Shown here piece after piece: positions 20,231 through 30,525 of a stretch of 64,000 bases of DNA (the stretch's first letter is position 1; every line of letters begins with the position of its first letter). The notes beneath the pieces are model-generated. The model was not told the origin of the DNA. It worked only from the letters and a program-made list of their open reading frames with translations, and did no database searches. The stretch lies in NCBI RefSeq assembly GCF_003334315.1, contig NZ_QOWR01000009.1, one strand, 5' to 3'. The position numbers and the translations under genes were made by a program. The DNA comes from Escherichia coli (lineage in GTDB: Bacteria; Pseudomonadota; Gammaproteobacteria; Enterobacterales; Enterobacteriaceae).

Positions 20231-22264
20231 ATGACTCAAGTCGCGAAGAAAATTCTGGTGACGTGCGCACTGCCGTACGCTAACGGCTCAATCCACCTCG
20301 GCCATATGCTGGAGCACATCCAGGCTGATGTCTGGGTCCGTTACCAGCGAATGCGCGGCCACGAGGTCAACTTCATCTGCGCCGACGATGCCCACGGTAC
20401 ACCGATCATGCTGAAAGCTCAGCAGCTTGGTATCACCCCGGAGCAGATGATTGGCGAAATGAGTCAGGAGCATCAGACTGATTTCGCAGGCTTTAACATC
20501 AGCTATGACAACTATCACTCGACGCACAGCGAAGAGAACCGCCAGTTGTCAGAACTTATCTACTCTCGCCTGAAAGAGAACGGTTTTATTAAAAACCGCA
20601 CCATCTCTCAGCTGTACGATCCGGAAAAAGGCATGTTCCTGCCGGACCGTTTTGTGAAAGGCACCTGCCCGAAATGTAAATCCCCGGATCAATACGGCGA
20701 TAACTGCGAAGTCTGCGGCGCGACCTACAGCCCGACTGAATTGATCGAGCCGAAATCGGTGGTTTCTGGCGCTACGCCGGTAATGCGTGATTCTGAACAC
20801 TTCTTCTTTGATCTGCCCTCTTTCAGCGAAATGTTGCAGGCATGGACCCGCAGCGGTGCGTTGCAGGAGCAGGTGGCAAATAAAATGCAGGAGTGGTTTG
20901 AATCCGGCCTGCAACAGTGGGATATCTCCCGCGACGCGCCATACTTTGGTTTTGAAATTCCGAACGCGCCGGGCAAATATTTCTACGTCTGGCTGGACGC
21001 ACCGATTGGCTACATGGGTTCTTTCAAGAATCTGTGCGACAAGCGCGGCGACAGCGTAAGCTTCGATGAATACTGGAAGAAAGACTCCACCGCCGAACTG
21101 TACCACTTCATCGGTAAAGATATCGTTTACTTCCACAGCCTGTTCTGGCCTGCCATGCTGGAAGGCAGCAACTTCCGCAAGCCGACCAACCTGTTTGTTC
21201 ATGGCTATGTGACGGTGAACGGCGCGAAGATGTCCAAGTCTCGCGGCACCTTTATTAAAGCCAGCACCTGGCTGAATCATTTTGACGCTGACAGCCTGCG
21301 TTACTACTACACTGCGAAACTCTCTTCGCGCATTGATGATATCGATCTCAACCTGGAGGATTTCGTTCAGCGCGTGAATGCCGATATCGTTAACAAAGTG
21401 GTTAACCTGGCCTCCCGTAACGCGGGCTTTATCAACAAACGTTTTGACGGCGTGCTGGCAAACGAACTGGCTGACCCGCAGTTGTACAAAACCTTCACTG
21501 ATGCCGCTGAAGTGATTGGTGAAGCGTGGGAAAGCCGTGAATTTGGTAAAGCTGTGCGCGAAATCATGGCGCTGGCTGATCTGGCTAACCGCTATGTCGA
21601 TGAACAGGCTCCGTGGGTAGTCGCAAAACAGGAAGGTCGCGATGCTGACCTGCAGGCGATTTGCTCAATGGGCATCAACCTGTTCCGCGTGCTGATGACT
21701 TACCTGAAGCCGGTACTGCCGAAACTGACCGAGCGTGCAGAAGCCTTCCTCAATACGGAACTGACCTGGGATGGTATCCAGCAACCGCTGCTGGGCCACA
21801 AAGTGAATCCGTTCAAGGCGCTGTATAACCGCATCGATATGAAACAGGTTGAAGCTCTGGTGGAAGCCTCTAAAGAAGAAGTGAAAGCAGCTGCCGCGCC
21901 AGTTACTGGCCCACTGGCAGATGATCCGATTCAGGAAACCATCACCTTTGACGACTTCGCCAAAGTTGACCTGCGCGTAGCGCTGATCGAAAACGCAGAG
22001 TTTGTTGAAGGTTCTGACAAACTGCTGCGCCTGACACTGGATCTCGGCGGTGAAAAACGCAATGTCTTCTCCGGTATTCGTTCTGCCTACCCGGATCCGC
22101 AGGCACTGATTGGTCGTCACACCATTATGGTGGCTAACCTGGCACCACGTAAAATGCGCTTTGGAATCTCCGAAGGCATGGTGATGGCTGCCGGTCCAGG
22201 CGGGAAAGATATCTTCCTGCTAAGCCCGGATGCTGGTGCTAAACCGGGTCATCAGGTGAAATAA
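20231..22264 (+). CDS. metG: Methionine--tRNA ligase
   Basis: 677 aa; HIGH motif (ANGSIHLGH) and KMSKS seen in the translation; begins [11 protein letters not shown].... Confidence 0.95.
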   Translation: MTQVAKKILVTCALPYANGSIHLGHMLEHIQADVWVRYQRMRGHEVNFICADDAHGTPIMLKAQQLGITPEQMIGEMSQEHQTDFAGFNISYDNYHSTHSEENRQLSELIYSRLKENGFIKNRTISQLYDPEKGMFLPDRFVKGTCPKCKSPDQYGDNCEVCGATYSPTELIEPKSVVSGATPVMRDSEHFFFDLPSFSEMLQAWTRSGALQEQVANKMQEWFESGLQQWDISRDAPYFGFEIPNAPGKYFYVWLDAPIGYMGSFKNLCDKRGDSVSFDEYWKKDSTAELYHFIGKDIVYFHSLFWPAMLEGSNFRKPTNLFVHGYVTVNGAKMSKSRGTFIKASTWLNHFDADSLRYYYTAKLSSRIDDIDLNLEDFVQRVNADIVNKVVNLASRNAGFINKRFDGVLANELADPQLYKTFTDAAEVIGEAWESREFGKAVREIMALADLANRYVDEQAPWVVAKQEGRDADLQAICSMGINLFRVLMTYLKPVLPKLTERAEAFLNTELTWDGIQQPLLGHKVNPFKALYNRIDMKQVEALVEASKEEVKAAAAPVTGPLADDPIQETITFDDFAKVDLRVALIENAEFVEGSDKLLRLTLDLGGEKRNVFSGIRSAYPDPQALIGRHTIMVANLAPRKMRFGISEGMVMAAGPGGKDIFLLSPDAGAKPGHQVK

Positions 22265-22274
22265 TCCCCCTTCA

Positions 22275-22303
22275 AGGCGCTGCATCGACAGCGCCTTTTC
22301 TTT
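22275..22303 (+). terminator. Intrinsic terminator of metG
   Basis: AGGCGCTG-catcgaca-CAGCGCCT hairpin followed by TTTCTTT. Confidence 0.6.
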
Positions 22304-22404
22304 ATAAATTCCTAAAGTTGTTTTCTTGCGATTTTGTCTCTCTCTAACCCGCATAAATACTGGTAGCATCTGCATTCAACTGGATAAAATTACAGGGATG
22401 CAGA

Positions 22405-25400
22405 ATGAGACACTTTATCTATCAGGACGAAAAATCACATAAATTCTGGGCGGTGGAGCAACAGGGAAACGAGTTGCATATCAGTTGGGGAAAAGTTGGC
22501 ACCAAAGGGCAAAGTCAGATAAAAAGTTTTTCAGATGCTGCGGCAGCGGAAAAAGCGGAACTTAAGCTGATTGCGGAGAAGGTGAAGAAGGGGTATGTGG
22601 AGCAAGCGAAGGATAATTCTTTGCAACCTTCCCAAACGGTAACGGGCTCTCTCAAGGTAGCGGACTTATCCACCATTATTCAGGAACAACCCTCTTTCGT
22701 AGCAGAAACCCGTGCGCCTGACAAAAATACAGATGCTGTTTTACCGTGGCTGGCGAAAGATATTGCTGTCGTTTTTCCGCCCGAAGTTGTACACACCACG
22801 TTAAGTCATCGCCGCTTTCCCGGAGTTCCTGTTCAGCAAGCAGACAAATTGACCCAATTACGTCGCTTAGCCTGTAGTGTGTCGCAACGGGATAATAAAA
22901 CAGCCACATTTGACTTCAGCGCCTGTTCTTTAGAATGGCAAAACACCGTCGCCCAGGCGATCAGTCAGATCGACGGCCTGAAAACAACACAGTTACCATC
23001 ACCAGTAATGGCTGTACTCACGGCACTTGAAATGAAATGCACAAGATATAAAGTGCGTGAGGATGTTATGGATCAGATCGTCCAGGAAGGCGGTCTGGAA
23101 TATGCTACTGATGTAATAATACACCTTCAACAGATTGATATTGAATGGGATTATGCGAATAATGTCATTATTATTCTGCCGTCTGGCATTGCACCTAGCT
23201 ACTTGGAGCAATATTCCAGATTTGAATTACGCCTACGTAAACATTTATCACTGACGGAAGAGTCTCTCTGGCAAAAATGTGCACAAAAACTTATTGCCGC
23301 AATTCCACATATTCCAGAATGGCGGCAACCATTAATTGCTTTGTTATTACCCGAAAAACCAGAAATTGCACATGAAATTGCCCAGCGTCTACTGGGGCAA
23401 AAAAAATTACCCTCGCTTGAGTGGTTAAAAATAGTGGCGACTGATGAGCACATTCTTGCCTCATTAGAAAAATATCACGAACCATATGCCATTTTTGATG
23501 ATTACTATTGTGGTGCGATATGGTCAGCCACCGTATTACAGGAGCAAGGTGTTGCAGCCCTGCCCCGATTTGCTCCCTATGCCGCAAGTGACTACTGCGC
23601 CGATGTGTTGCGTCATATCAATCATCCGTTCGCATTGACACTGCTTATACGTGTAGCCGGGCAAACTAAACGCTGTCACGATCGGATGACGAAAGCCATT
23701 GCTGCGTTCCCACATGCAGCAATGGCGGCACTGACGGAACTTCTTGGGCAAAAAGAAGAGAACAGTTGGCGCATTATGCTAATGACAATGCTTATCTCAC
23801 AACCAGCACTGGCAGAACAGGTCATTCCCTGGCTCTCGACACCCGCAGTTGCCGTACTGAAATCATGCCAGCAACAACTGACACAGCCCTCAAACCATGC
23901 CAGCGCCGATCTACTGCCAGCCGTAGTAGTCTCCCCTCCCTGGCTTTCGAAAAAGAAAAAATCGCCGATTCCGGTGCTGGATTTAGCGCCATTAGGCATT
24001 GAGCCAATCTGTTATCTGACAGAAGAAATCAGTAATCAACTTTTGGCGAAATATATCTGGTATTCAAAACACATCACGGTTAGCCATGAAGAAAGTACTA
24101 CCAACCTGTTGGCAAGGATGGGTTTTCAACGACGGATCGCTGGTACATATATTAAAGCTCCCGAAGCGGTAGTTGAGGCATGGCTAAATGAAGATTATTC
24201 AACCTTACTAAGTGAATTTAAGGTGTTTCATTCACCTACCGGGCATTATTGGCAGTTGGGGATTTTGACAACATTGCCGCTGGAGAAAGCAGTAAAAGCA
24301 TGGAATGCCCTTACCCTATCTCCACATACCGATACCGAATACTCCATGTTACATTTTGGACTCAAAGGGTTACCTGGGTTAGTAAACTCACTTGCACGCT
24401 ATCCACAAGAAGCCTTGCCCATCACGAATTACTTCGCAGCGAGTGAGCTGGCTCCTGCCGTCGCCCGTGCCTTCAACAAACTGAAAACGCTACGCGAAAA
24501 CGCCCGTAGCTGGCTGTTGAAATACCCGGAACATGCCCTTACCGGCCTGCTGCCTGCGGCGCTCGGCAAAGCCGGTGAAGCACAGGATAACGCCCGCGCT
24601 GCCTTGCGTATGCTTACCGAAAACGGTCATCAGCCATTACTGCAAGAAATCGCCCGACGTTATAACCAGCCGGAAGTAACCGATGCGGTGAACGCTCTGC
24701 TTGCGCTCGATCCCTTAGATAATCACCCGACAAAAATCCCCACTCTTCCGGCCTTTTATCAGCCATCGCTCTGGACGCGCCCGGTATTAAAAGCAAATGC
24801 CCAATCACTGCCAGATAGCGCCCTCCTCCACCTCGGTGAAATGCTCCGCTTCCCTCAGGAAGAGGCTCTGTATCCGGGATTATTGCAGGTGAAAGACGTC
24901 TGTTCCGCCGACTCACTGGCGGGATTTGCCTGGGATCTGTTTACCGCCTGGCAGACCGCTGGCGCGCCGTCGAAAGAGAGTTGGGCGTTCACTGCGTTAG
25001 GCGTTCTCGGTAACGATGACACCGCCCGCAAACTGACGCCATTAATACGCGCCTGGCCTGGTGAATCCCAGCATAAACGCGCCACCGTTGGGTTGGATAT
25101 TCTCGCTGCTATCGGTAGTGATATCGCCCTTATGCAGCTTAACGGCATCGCCCAGAAACTGAAATTCAAAGCATTACAGGAGCGGGCAAAAGAAAAAATT
25201 GCCGACATTGCCGAGAGCCGCGAACTCACGGTGGCGGAGCTTGAAGATCGGTTAGCACCGGATCTCGGTCTGGATGATAACGGTTCGCTGCTGCTGGATT
25301 TTGGCCCACGGCAGTTCACCGTCAGCTTTGATGAAACCTTAAAACCGTTTGTGCGTGATGTTTCCGGCAGCCGCCTGAAGGACCTGCCCAAACCGAACAA

Positions 25401-26199
25401 AAGCGATGATGAAACGCGGGCGAACGATGCGGTTAACCGCTACAAATTGCTGAAAAAAGATGCGCGTACCATCGCCGCCCAGCAGGTAGCAAGGCTGGAA
25501 TCCGCCATGTGCCTGCGCCGCCGCTGGTCGCTGGAAAACTTCCAGCTCTTCCTGGTTGAGCATCCGCTGGTTCGTCACTTAACCCGCCGTCTGATTTGGG
25601 GCGTTTATAGCGCCGAAAACCAGCTACTGGCTTGCTTTCGCGTAGCAGAAGATAACAGCTCCAGCACCGCTGACGATGATCTTTTCACCCTGCCGGAAGG
25701 CGATATCTCTATCGGCACTCCTCACGTTCTGGAAATATCACCAACGGATGCTGCCGCCTTTGGTCAGCTTTTTGCCGACTACGAACTGCTACCACCGTTC
25801 CGCCAGCTCGACCGTAACAGCTACGCCCTGACAGAAGCCGAGCGCAATGCCAGTGAACTGACCCGCTGGGCAGGCAGAAAATGCCCGAGTGGTCGGGTCA
25901 TGGGGCTGGCGAATAAAGGCTGGATAAAGGGCGAACCACAGGATGGAGGCTGGATCGGATGGATGATCAAACCTTTGGGTCGCTGGTCGTTAATCATGGA
26001 AATCGATGAAGGCTTTGCGGTAGGCATGTCGCCAGCCGAACTCAGCGCTGAGCAGCTCTTAAGCAAGCTGTGGCTATGGGAAGGCAAAGCAGAAAGATAT
26101 GGCTGGGGGAGTAATTCAACACAGGAAGCGCAGTTCTCCGTAATCGATGCCATCACCGCCAGCGAGCTAATTAACGATATTGAAGCCCTGTTTGAATAA
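22405..26199 (+). CDS. molR: Giant WGR-domain protein (so-called molybdate metabolism regulator), intact here
   Basis: Uninterrupted 1264-aa ORF. The N-terminal ~80 aa form a WGR domain (FWAVEQQGNELHISWGKVGTKGQ...). The rest is paralogous to YehI. Confidence 0.8.
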   Translation: MRHFIYQDEKSHKFWAVEQQGNELHISWGKVGTKGQSQIKSFSDAAAAEKAELKLIAEKVKKGYVEQAKDNSLQPSQTVTGSLKVADLSTIIQEQPSFVAETRAPDKNTDAVLPWLAKDIAVVFPPEVVHTTLSHRRFPGVPVQQADKLTQLRRLACSVSQRDNKTATFDFSACSLEWQNTVAQAISQIDGLKTTQLPSPVMAVLTALEMKCTRYKVREDVMDQIVQEGGLEYATDVIIHLQQIDIEWDYANNVIIILPSGIAPSYLEQYSRFELRLRKHLSLTEESLWQKCAQKLIAAIPHIPEWRQPLIALLLPEKPEIAHEIAQRLLGQKKLPSLEWLKIVATDEHILASLEKYHEPYAIFDDYYCGAIWSATVLQEQGVAALPRFAPYAASDYCADVLRHINHPFALTLLIRVAGQTKRCHDRMTKAIAAFPHAAMAALTELLGQKEENSWRIMLMTMLISQPALAEQVIPWLSTPAVAVLKSCQQQLTQPSNHASADLLPAVVVSPPWLSKKKKSPIPVLDLAPLGIEPICYLTEEISNQLLAKYIWYSKHITVSHEESTTNLLARMGFQRRIAGTYIKAPEAVVEAWLNEDYSTLLSEFKVFHSPTGHYWQLGILTTLPLEKAVKAWNALTLSPHTDTEYSMLHFGLKGLPGLVNSLARYPQEALPITNYFAASELAPAVARAFNKLKTLRENARSWLLKYPEHALTGLLPAALGKAGEAQDNARAALRMLTENGHQPLLQEIARRYNQPEVTDAVNALLALDPLDNHPTKIPTLPAFYQPSLWTRPVLKANAQSLPDSALLHLGEMLRFPQEEALYPGLLQVKDVCSADSLAGFAWDLFTAWQTAGAPSKESWAFTALGVLGNDDTARKLTPLIRAWPGESQHKRATVGLDILAAIGSDIALMQLNGIAQKLKFKALQERAKEKIADIAESRELTVAELEDRLAPDLGLDDNGSLLLDFGPRQFTVSFDETLKPFVRDVSGSRLKDLPKPNKSDDETRANDAVNRYKLLKKDARTIAAQQVARLESAMCLRRRWSLENFQLFLVEHPLVRHLTRRLIWGVYSAENQLLACFRVAEDNSSSTADDDLFTLPEGDISIGTPHVLEISPTDAAAFGQLFADYELLPPFRQLDRNSYALTEAERNASELTRWAGRKCPSGRVMGLANKGWIKGEPQDGGWIGWMIKPLGRWSLIMEIDEGFAVGMSPAELSAEQLLSKLWLWEGKAERYGWGSNSTQEAQFSVIDAITASELINDIEALFE

Positions 26200-26208
26200 G
26201 GAAAGAGC

Positions 26209-29200
26209 ATGGACAAGGAATTACCGTGGCTGGCGGATAACGCCCAACTGGAACTGAAATATAAAAAAGGCAAAACGCCGCTCAGTCATCGTCGCTGGCC
26301 GGGCGAACCAGTGTCCGTTATCACTGGAAGTCTCATCCAGACATTGGGTGATGAATTGCTACAAAAAGCTGAGAAGAAAAAAAACATTGTCTGGCGTTAT
26401 GAGAATTTTTCACTGGAGTGGCAGTCCGCCATCACGCAGGCCATCAACTTGATCGGCGAACACAAACCCTCAATCCCGGACCGGACAATGGCGGCGCTAG
26501 CCTGTATCGCGCAAAATGACAGCCAACAGTTGCTCGACGAAATCGTCCAACAAGAGGGGCTGGAATATGCGACTGAGGTGGTGATTGCACGCCAGTTTAT
26601 TGCGCGGTGTTATGAGAGTGATCCTCTGGTAGTGACATTGCAGTATCAGGACGAGGATTATGGCTATGGTTATCGCTCAGAAACCTATAACGAATTCGAT
26701 CTCCGACTGCGTAAGCATCTCTCTCTGGCAGAGGAAAGCTGCTGGCAGCGTTGCGCCGACAAACTCATTGCCGCACTACCAGGAATAACCAAAGTTCGCC
26801 GCCCTTTTATTGCGCTGATCCTCCCGGAAAAACCAGAAATAGCCAATGAGTTGGTAGGCCTTGAATGCCCGCGAACTCATTTTCATTCTAAGGAGTGGTT
26901 AAAAGTTGTTGCTAATGACCCCACAGCGGTGAGAAAACTCGAACACTACTGGAGCCAGGATATATTTAGCGATCGAGAAGCCAGCTACATGTCGCATGAA
27001 AACCACTTCGGCTACGCGGCCTGCGCCGCCCTTTTGCGCGAACAAGGACTGGCAGCCATTCCGCGCCTCGCGATGTATGCCCATAAAGAAGATTGCGGCA
27101 GTCTGCTGGTACAAATTAACCATCCGCAAGTCATCCGCACCTTGCTACTGGTGGCTGATAAAAACAAACCCAGCCTGCAACGTGTAGCTAAATACCATAA
27201 AAACTTCCCCCATGCGACGCTCGCCGCACTGGCAGAACTGCTGGCGTTAACAGAACCACCAGCCCGCCCTGGTTATCCAATCATCGAAGACAAAAAGCTG
27301 CCTGCACAGCAAAAAGCACGCGATGAATACTGGCGTACGCTGTTACAAACGCTGATGGCATCGCAGCCACAACTGGCAGCAGAAGTGATGCCGTGGTTAA
27401 GTACTCAACCCCAGTCAGTGCTGAAGAGTTATTTATCGGCACCGCCCAAACCGGTTATTGATGGCACCGATAACAGCAATCTGCCAGAAATCCTCGTTTC
27501 ACCACCGTGGCGTAGTAAGAAAAAAATGACAGCTCCACGTCTTGATTTGGCACCGCTCGAATTAACTCCGCAAGTTTACTGGCAACCAGGCGAACAAGAG
27601 AGGCTTGCCGCCACTGAGCCTGCCCGTTATTTCAGCACGGAATCTCTTGCGCAACGCATGGAACAAAAAAGTGGACGAGTTGTATTACAGGAACTGGGTT
27701 TTGGGGATGATGTATGGCTGTTTCTGAATTATATACTCCCCGGAAAACTGGATGCTGCACGCAATTCACTCTTTGTTCAGTGGCATTACTACCAGGGGCG
27801 GGTTGAAGAGATCCTGAATGGCTGGAACTCCCCGGAAGCACAATTAGCAGAACAGGCGCTCCGCAGCGGTCACATAGAAGCGTTAATTAACATATGGGAA
27901 AATGACAACTACTCACATTATCGTCCGGAAAAGAGTGTCTGGAACCTGTATTTATTGGCACAGTTGCCGCGTGAGATGGCTTTGACCTTCTGGCTGCGTA
28001 TCAATGAGAAAAAGCATCTGTTCGCGGGTGAGGACTATTTTCTCAGTATCCTCGGATTGGATGCGCTACCAGGTCTGCTGTTGGCTTTTTCACATCGTCC
28101 AAAAGAAACATTTCCGTTAATTTTAAATTTTGGCGCAACAGAACTGGCGCTGCCTGTTGCCCACGTCTGGCGACGTTTCGCGGCGCAGCGTGATCTGGCT
28201 CGCCAGTGGATTTTACAATGGCCGGAACATACGGCTAGTGCACTTATCCCTCTTGTCTTTACCAAACCCAGCGATAATAGCGAAGCCGCATTACTTGCCC
28301 TGCGTTTACTGTACGAACAGGGACATGGCGAATTGCTACAAACCGTGGCAAACCGCTGGCAGCGTACAGATGTATGGTCTGCCCTGGAGCAGTTGCTTAA
28401 ACAGGGTCCAATGGACATTTACCCGGCACGCATTCCAAAAGCCCCTGATTTCTGGCATCCGCAAATGTGGTCCAGGCCGCGCCTTATCACTAATAATCAA
28501 ACTGTTACCAATGACGCTCTGGAAATTATCGGCGAAATGCTGCGCTTTACCCAGGGGGGACGTTTTTATAGCGGGCTGGAACAACTGAAAACGTTCTGCC
28601 AGCCACAAACGCTGACAGCTTTTGCCTGGGATCTCTTCACTGCGTGGCAACAAGCTGGTGCCCCCGCAAAAGACAACTGGGCATTTCTGGCGTTAAGTCT
28701 CTTTGGTGACGAAAGCACGGCACGGGATCTGACGACACAGATCCTCGCCTGGCCACAAGAAGGCAAATCTGCCCGTGCTGTCAGCGGCCTGAACATCCTT
28801 ACCCTGATGAATAATGATATGGCGCTGATACAGCTGCATCATATATCGCAACGGGCTAAATCCCGCCCCTTACGTGATAACGCGGCGGAATTTCTTCAGG
28901 TGGTCGCAGAAAATCGCGGGCTAAGCCAGGAAGAGCTAGCGGACAGATTAGTCCCAACCCTGGGCCTTGATGATCCGCAGGCGTTGAGTTTTGATTTTGG
29001 TCCCCGGCAGTTTACCGTTCGCTTCGATGAAAATCTCAACCCGGTTATCTTTGATCAGCAAAACGTTCGCCAGAAAAGCGTTCCCCGTTTGCGCGCCGAT
29101 GACGATCAACTGAAAGCGCCCGAGGCACTGGCCCGACTAAAAGGGCTAAAAAAAGATGCTACTCAGGTGAGCAAAAACCTGCTCCCGCGTCTTGAAACGG

Positions 29201-29841
29201 CCCTACGTACCACCCGACGCTGGTCGCTGGCAGATTTTCATTCTCTGTTTGTTAATCATCCCTTTACCCGTCTGGTTACCCAGCGATTAATATGGGGGGT
29301 TTATCCGGCAAATGAACCGCGTTGTTTACTCAAAGCCTTTCGTGTGGCCGCAGAGGGGGAGTTCTGCAATGCGCAAGATGAGCCAATTGACCTGCCTGCG
29401 GACGCTCTGATTGGCATTGCCCACCCGTTAGAAATGACAGCAGAAATGCGCAGTGAATTTGCACAGCTTTTTGCCGATTACGAAATTATGCCGCCTTTTC
29501 GCCAGTTGTCGCGCCGCACGGTGCTGCTCACACCTGACGAGTCAACCAGTAACAGCCTGACTCGCTGGGAAGGTAAATCCGCTACCGTTGGGCAACTTAT
29601 GGGAATGCGATACAAAGGCTGGGAGTCAGGCTATGAGGACGCATTTGTCTATAACCTGGGTGAGTACCGGCTGGTCCTTAAGTTTTCACCCGGTTTTAAC
29701 CACTACAATGTTGATAGCAAAGCGCTAATGAGCTTCCGTTCTCTTCGAGTGTACCGTGACAATAAATCCGTCACTTTTGCCGAACTTGATGTGTTTGATT
29801 TGAGTGAGGCGTTAAGCGCACCTGACGTCATTTTCCATTAA
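26209..29841 (+). CDS. yehI: Giant uncharacterised protein, MolR paralogue lacking the WGR domain
   Basis: 1210 aa; long blocks shared with MolR (VSPPW.SKKK, FDFGPRQFTV.FDE, LFADYE..PPFRQL). Confidence 0.85.
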   Translation: MDKELPWLADNAQLELKYKKGKTPLSHRRWPGEPVSVITGSLIQTLGDELLQKAEKKKNIVWRYENFSLEWQSAITQAINLIGEHKPSIPDRTMAALACIAQNDSQQLLDEIVQQEGLEYATEVVIARQFIARCYESDPLVVTLQYQDEDYGYGYRSETYNEFDLRLRKHLSLAEESCWQRCADKLIAALPGITKVRRPFIALILPEKPEIANELVGLECPRTHFHSKEWLKVVANDPTAVRKLEHYWSQDIFSDREASYMSHENHFGYAACAALLREQGLAAIPRLAMYAHKEDCGSLLVQINHPQVIRTLLLVADKNKPSLQRVAKYHKNFPHATLAALAELLALTEPPARPGYPIIEDKKLPAQQKARDEYWRTLLQTLMASQPQLAAEVMPWLSTQPQSVLKSYLSAPPKPVIDGTDNSNLPEILVSPPWRSKKKMTAPRLDLAPLELTPQVYWQPGEQERLAATEPARYFSTESLAQRMEQKSGRVVLQELGFGDDVWLFLNYILPGKLDAARNSLFVQWHYYQGRVEEILNGWNSPEAQLAEQALRSGHIEALINIWENDNYSHYRPEKSVWNLYLLAQLPREMALTFWLRINEKKHLFAGEDYFLSILGLDALPGLLLAFSHRPKETFPLILNFGATELALPVAHVWRRFAAQRDLARQWILQWPEHTASALIPLVFTKPSDNSEAALLALRLLYEQGHGELLQTVANRWQRTDVWSALEQLLKQGPMDIYPARIPKAPDFWHPQMWSRPRLITNNQTVTNDALEIIGEMLRFTQGGRFYSGLEQLKTFCQPQTLTAFAWDLFTAWQQAGAPAKDNWAFLALSLFGDESTARDLTTQILAWPQEGKSARAVSGLNILTLMNNDMALIQLHHISQRAKSRPLRDNAAEFLQVVAENRGLSQEELADRLVPTLGLDDPQALSFDFGPRQFTVRFDENLNPVIFDQQNVRQKSVPRLRADDDQLKAPEALARLKGLKKDATQVSKNLLPRLETALRTTRRWSLADFHSLFVNHPFTRLVTQRLIWGVYPANEPRCLLKAFRVAAEGEFCNAQDEPIDLPADALIGIAHPLEMTAEMRSEFAQLFADYEIMPPFRQLSRRTVLLTPDESTSNSLTRWEGKSATVGQLMGMRYKGWESGYEDAFVYNLGEYRLVLKFSPGFNHYNVDSKALMSFRSLRVYRDNKSVTFAELDVFDLSEALSAPDVIFH

Positions 29842-29901
29842 AACACAGCGGGCAGTGATGCAACTGCCCGTTATCAACACGACTTACCAGCGGGGAAAGC
29901 G

Positions 29902-30219
29902 ATGATCGTGCAAAAAGAGCTGGTTGCTATTTACGATTATGAGGTCCCTGTACCTGAAGATCCGTTTTCCTTCAGACTTGAGATCCATAAATGCTCTGAA
30001 TTATTTACAGGTTCCGTCTATCGACTGGAGCGATTCCGGCTACGTCCAACATTTCATCAACGTGATCGAGAAGATGCTGACCCGCTAATAAATGATGCGT
30101 TGATTTATATAAGAGATGAGTGTATTGATGAGCGGAAATTACGAGGTGAATCACCTGAAACTGTAATAGCAATTTTTAATCGTGAACTACAGAATATATT
30201 CAACCAAGAAATAGAATAA
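29902..30219 (+). CDS. yehK: Small uncharacterised protein
   Basis: 105-aa ORF directly downstream of yehI. Confidence 0.75.
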   Translation: MIVQKELVAIYDYEVPVPEDPFSFRLEIHKCSELFTGSVYRLERFRLRPTFHQRDREDADPLINDALIYIRDECIDERKLRGESPETVIAIFNRELQNIFNQEIE

Positions 30220-30389
30220 TATACTCTAAATAATTCAAATTGGTCCGATCCGGCGCACCGTCCCAATGGCCTGGATTATAAATCTCATTATCTTAATTGC
30301 AACGGGGTCCAGCCGTGGTTATAATTCGTTCGTTGGAACACGATGTTGCACAGGCTGTGGTGTTAGGCCTGAAAATAGTAAATAAAAGA

Positions 30390-30416
30390 ACCTGCCTCAC
30401 CAGCAGGTTTTTTTAT
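30390..30416 (+). terminator. Intrinsic terminator downstream of yehK
   Basis: AACCTGC-ctcacc-AGCAGGTT hairpin followed by TTTTTTT. Confidence 0.55.
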
Positions 30417-30525
30417 TTACTGTGATCTGCTTTCCAGATATTTTTCGCTCAAACAACTAATGCGCCAAACATTTATTGCGCGTAAAATATCGTTTATTTC
30501 ATTAATACATTTCAGGGATGAATAT

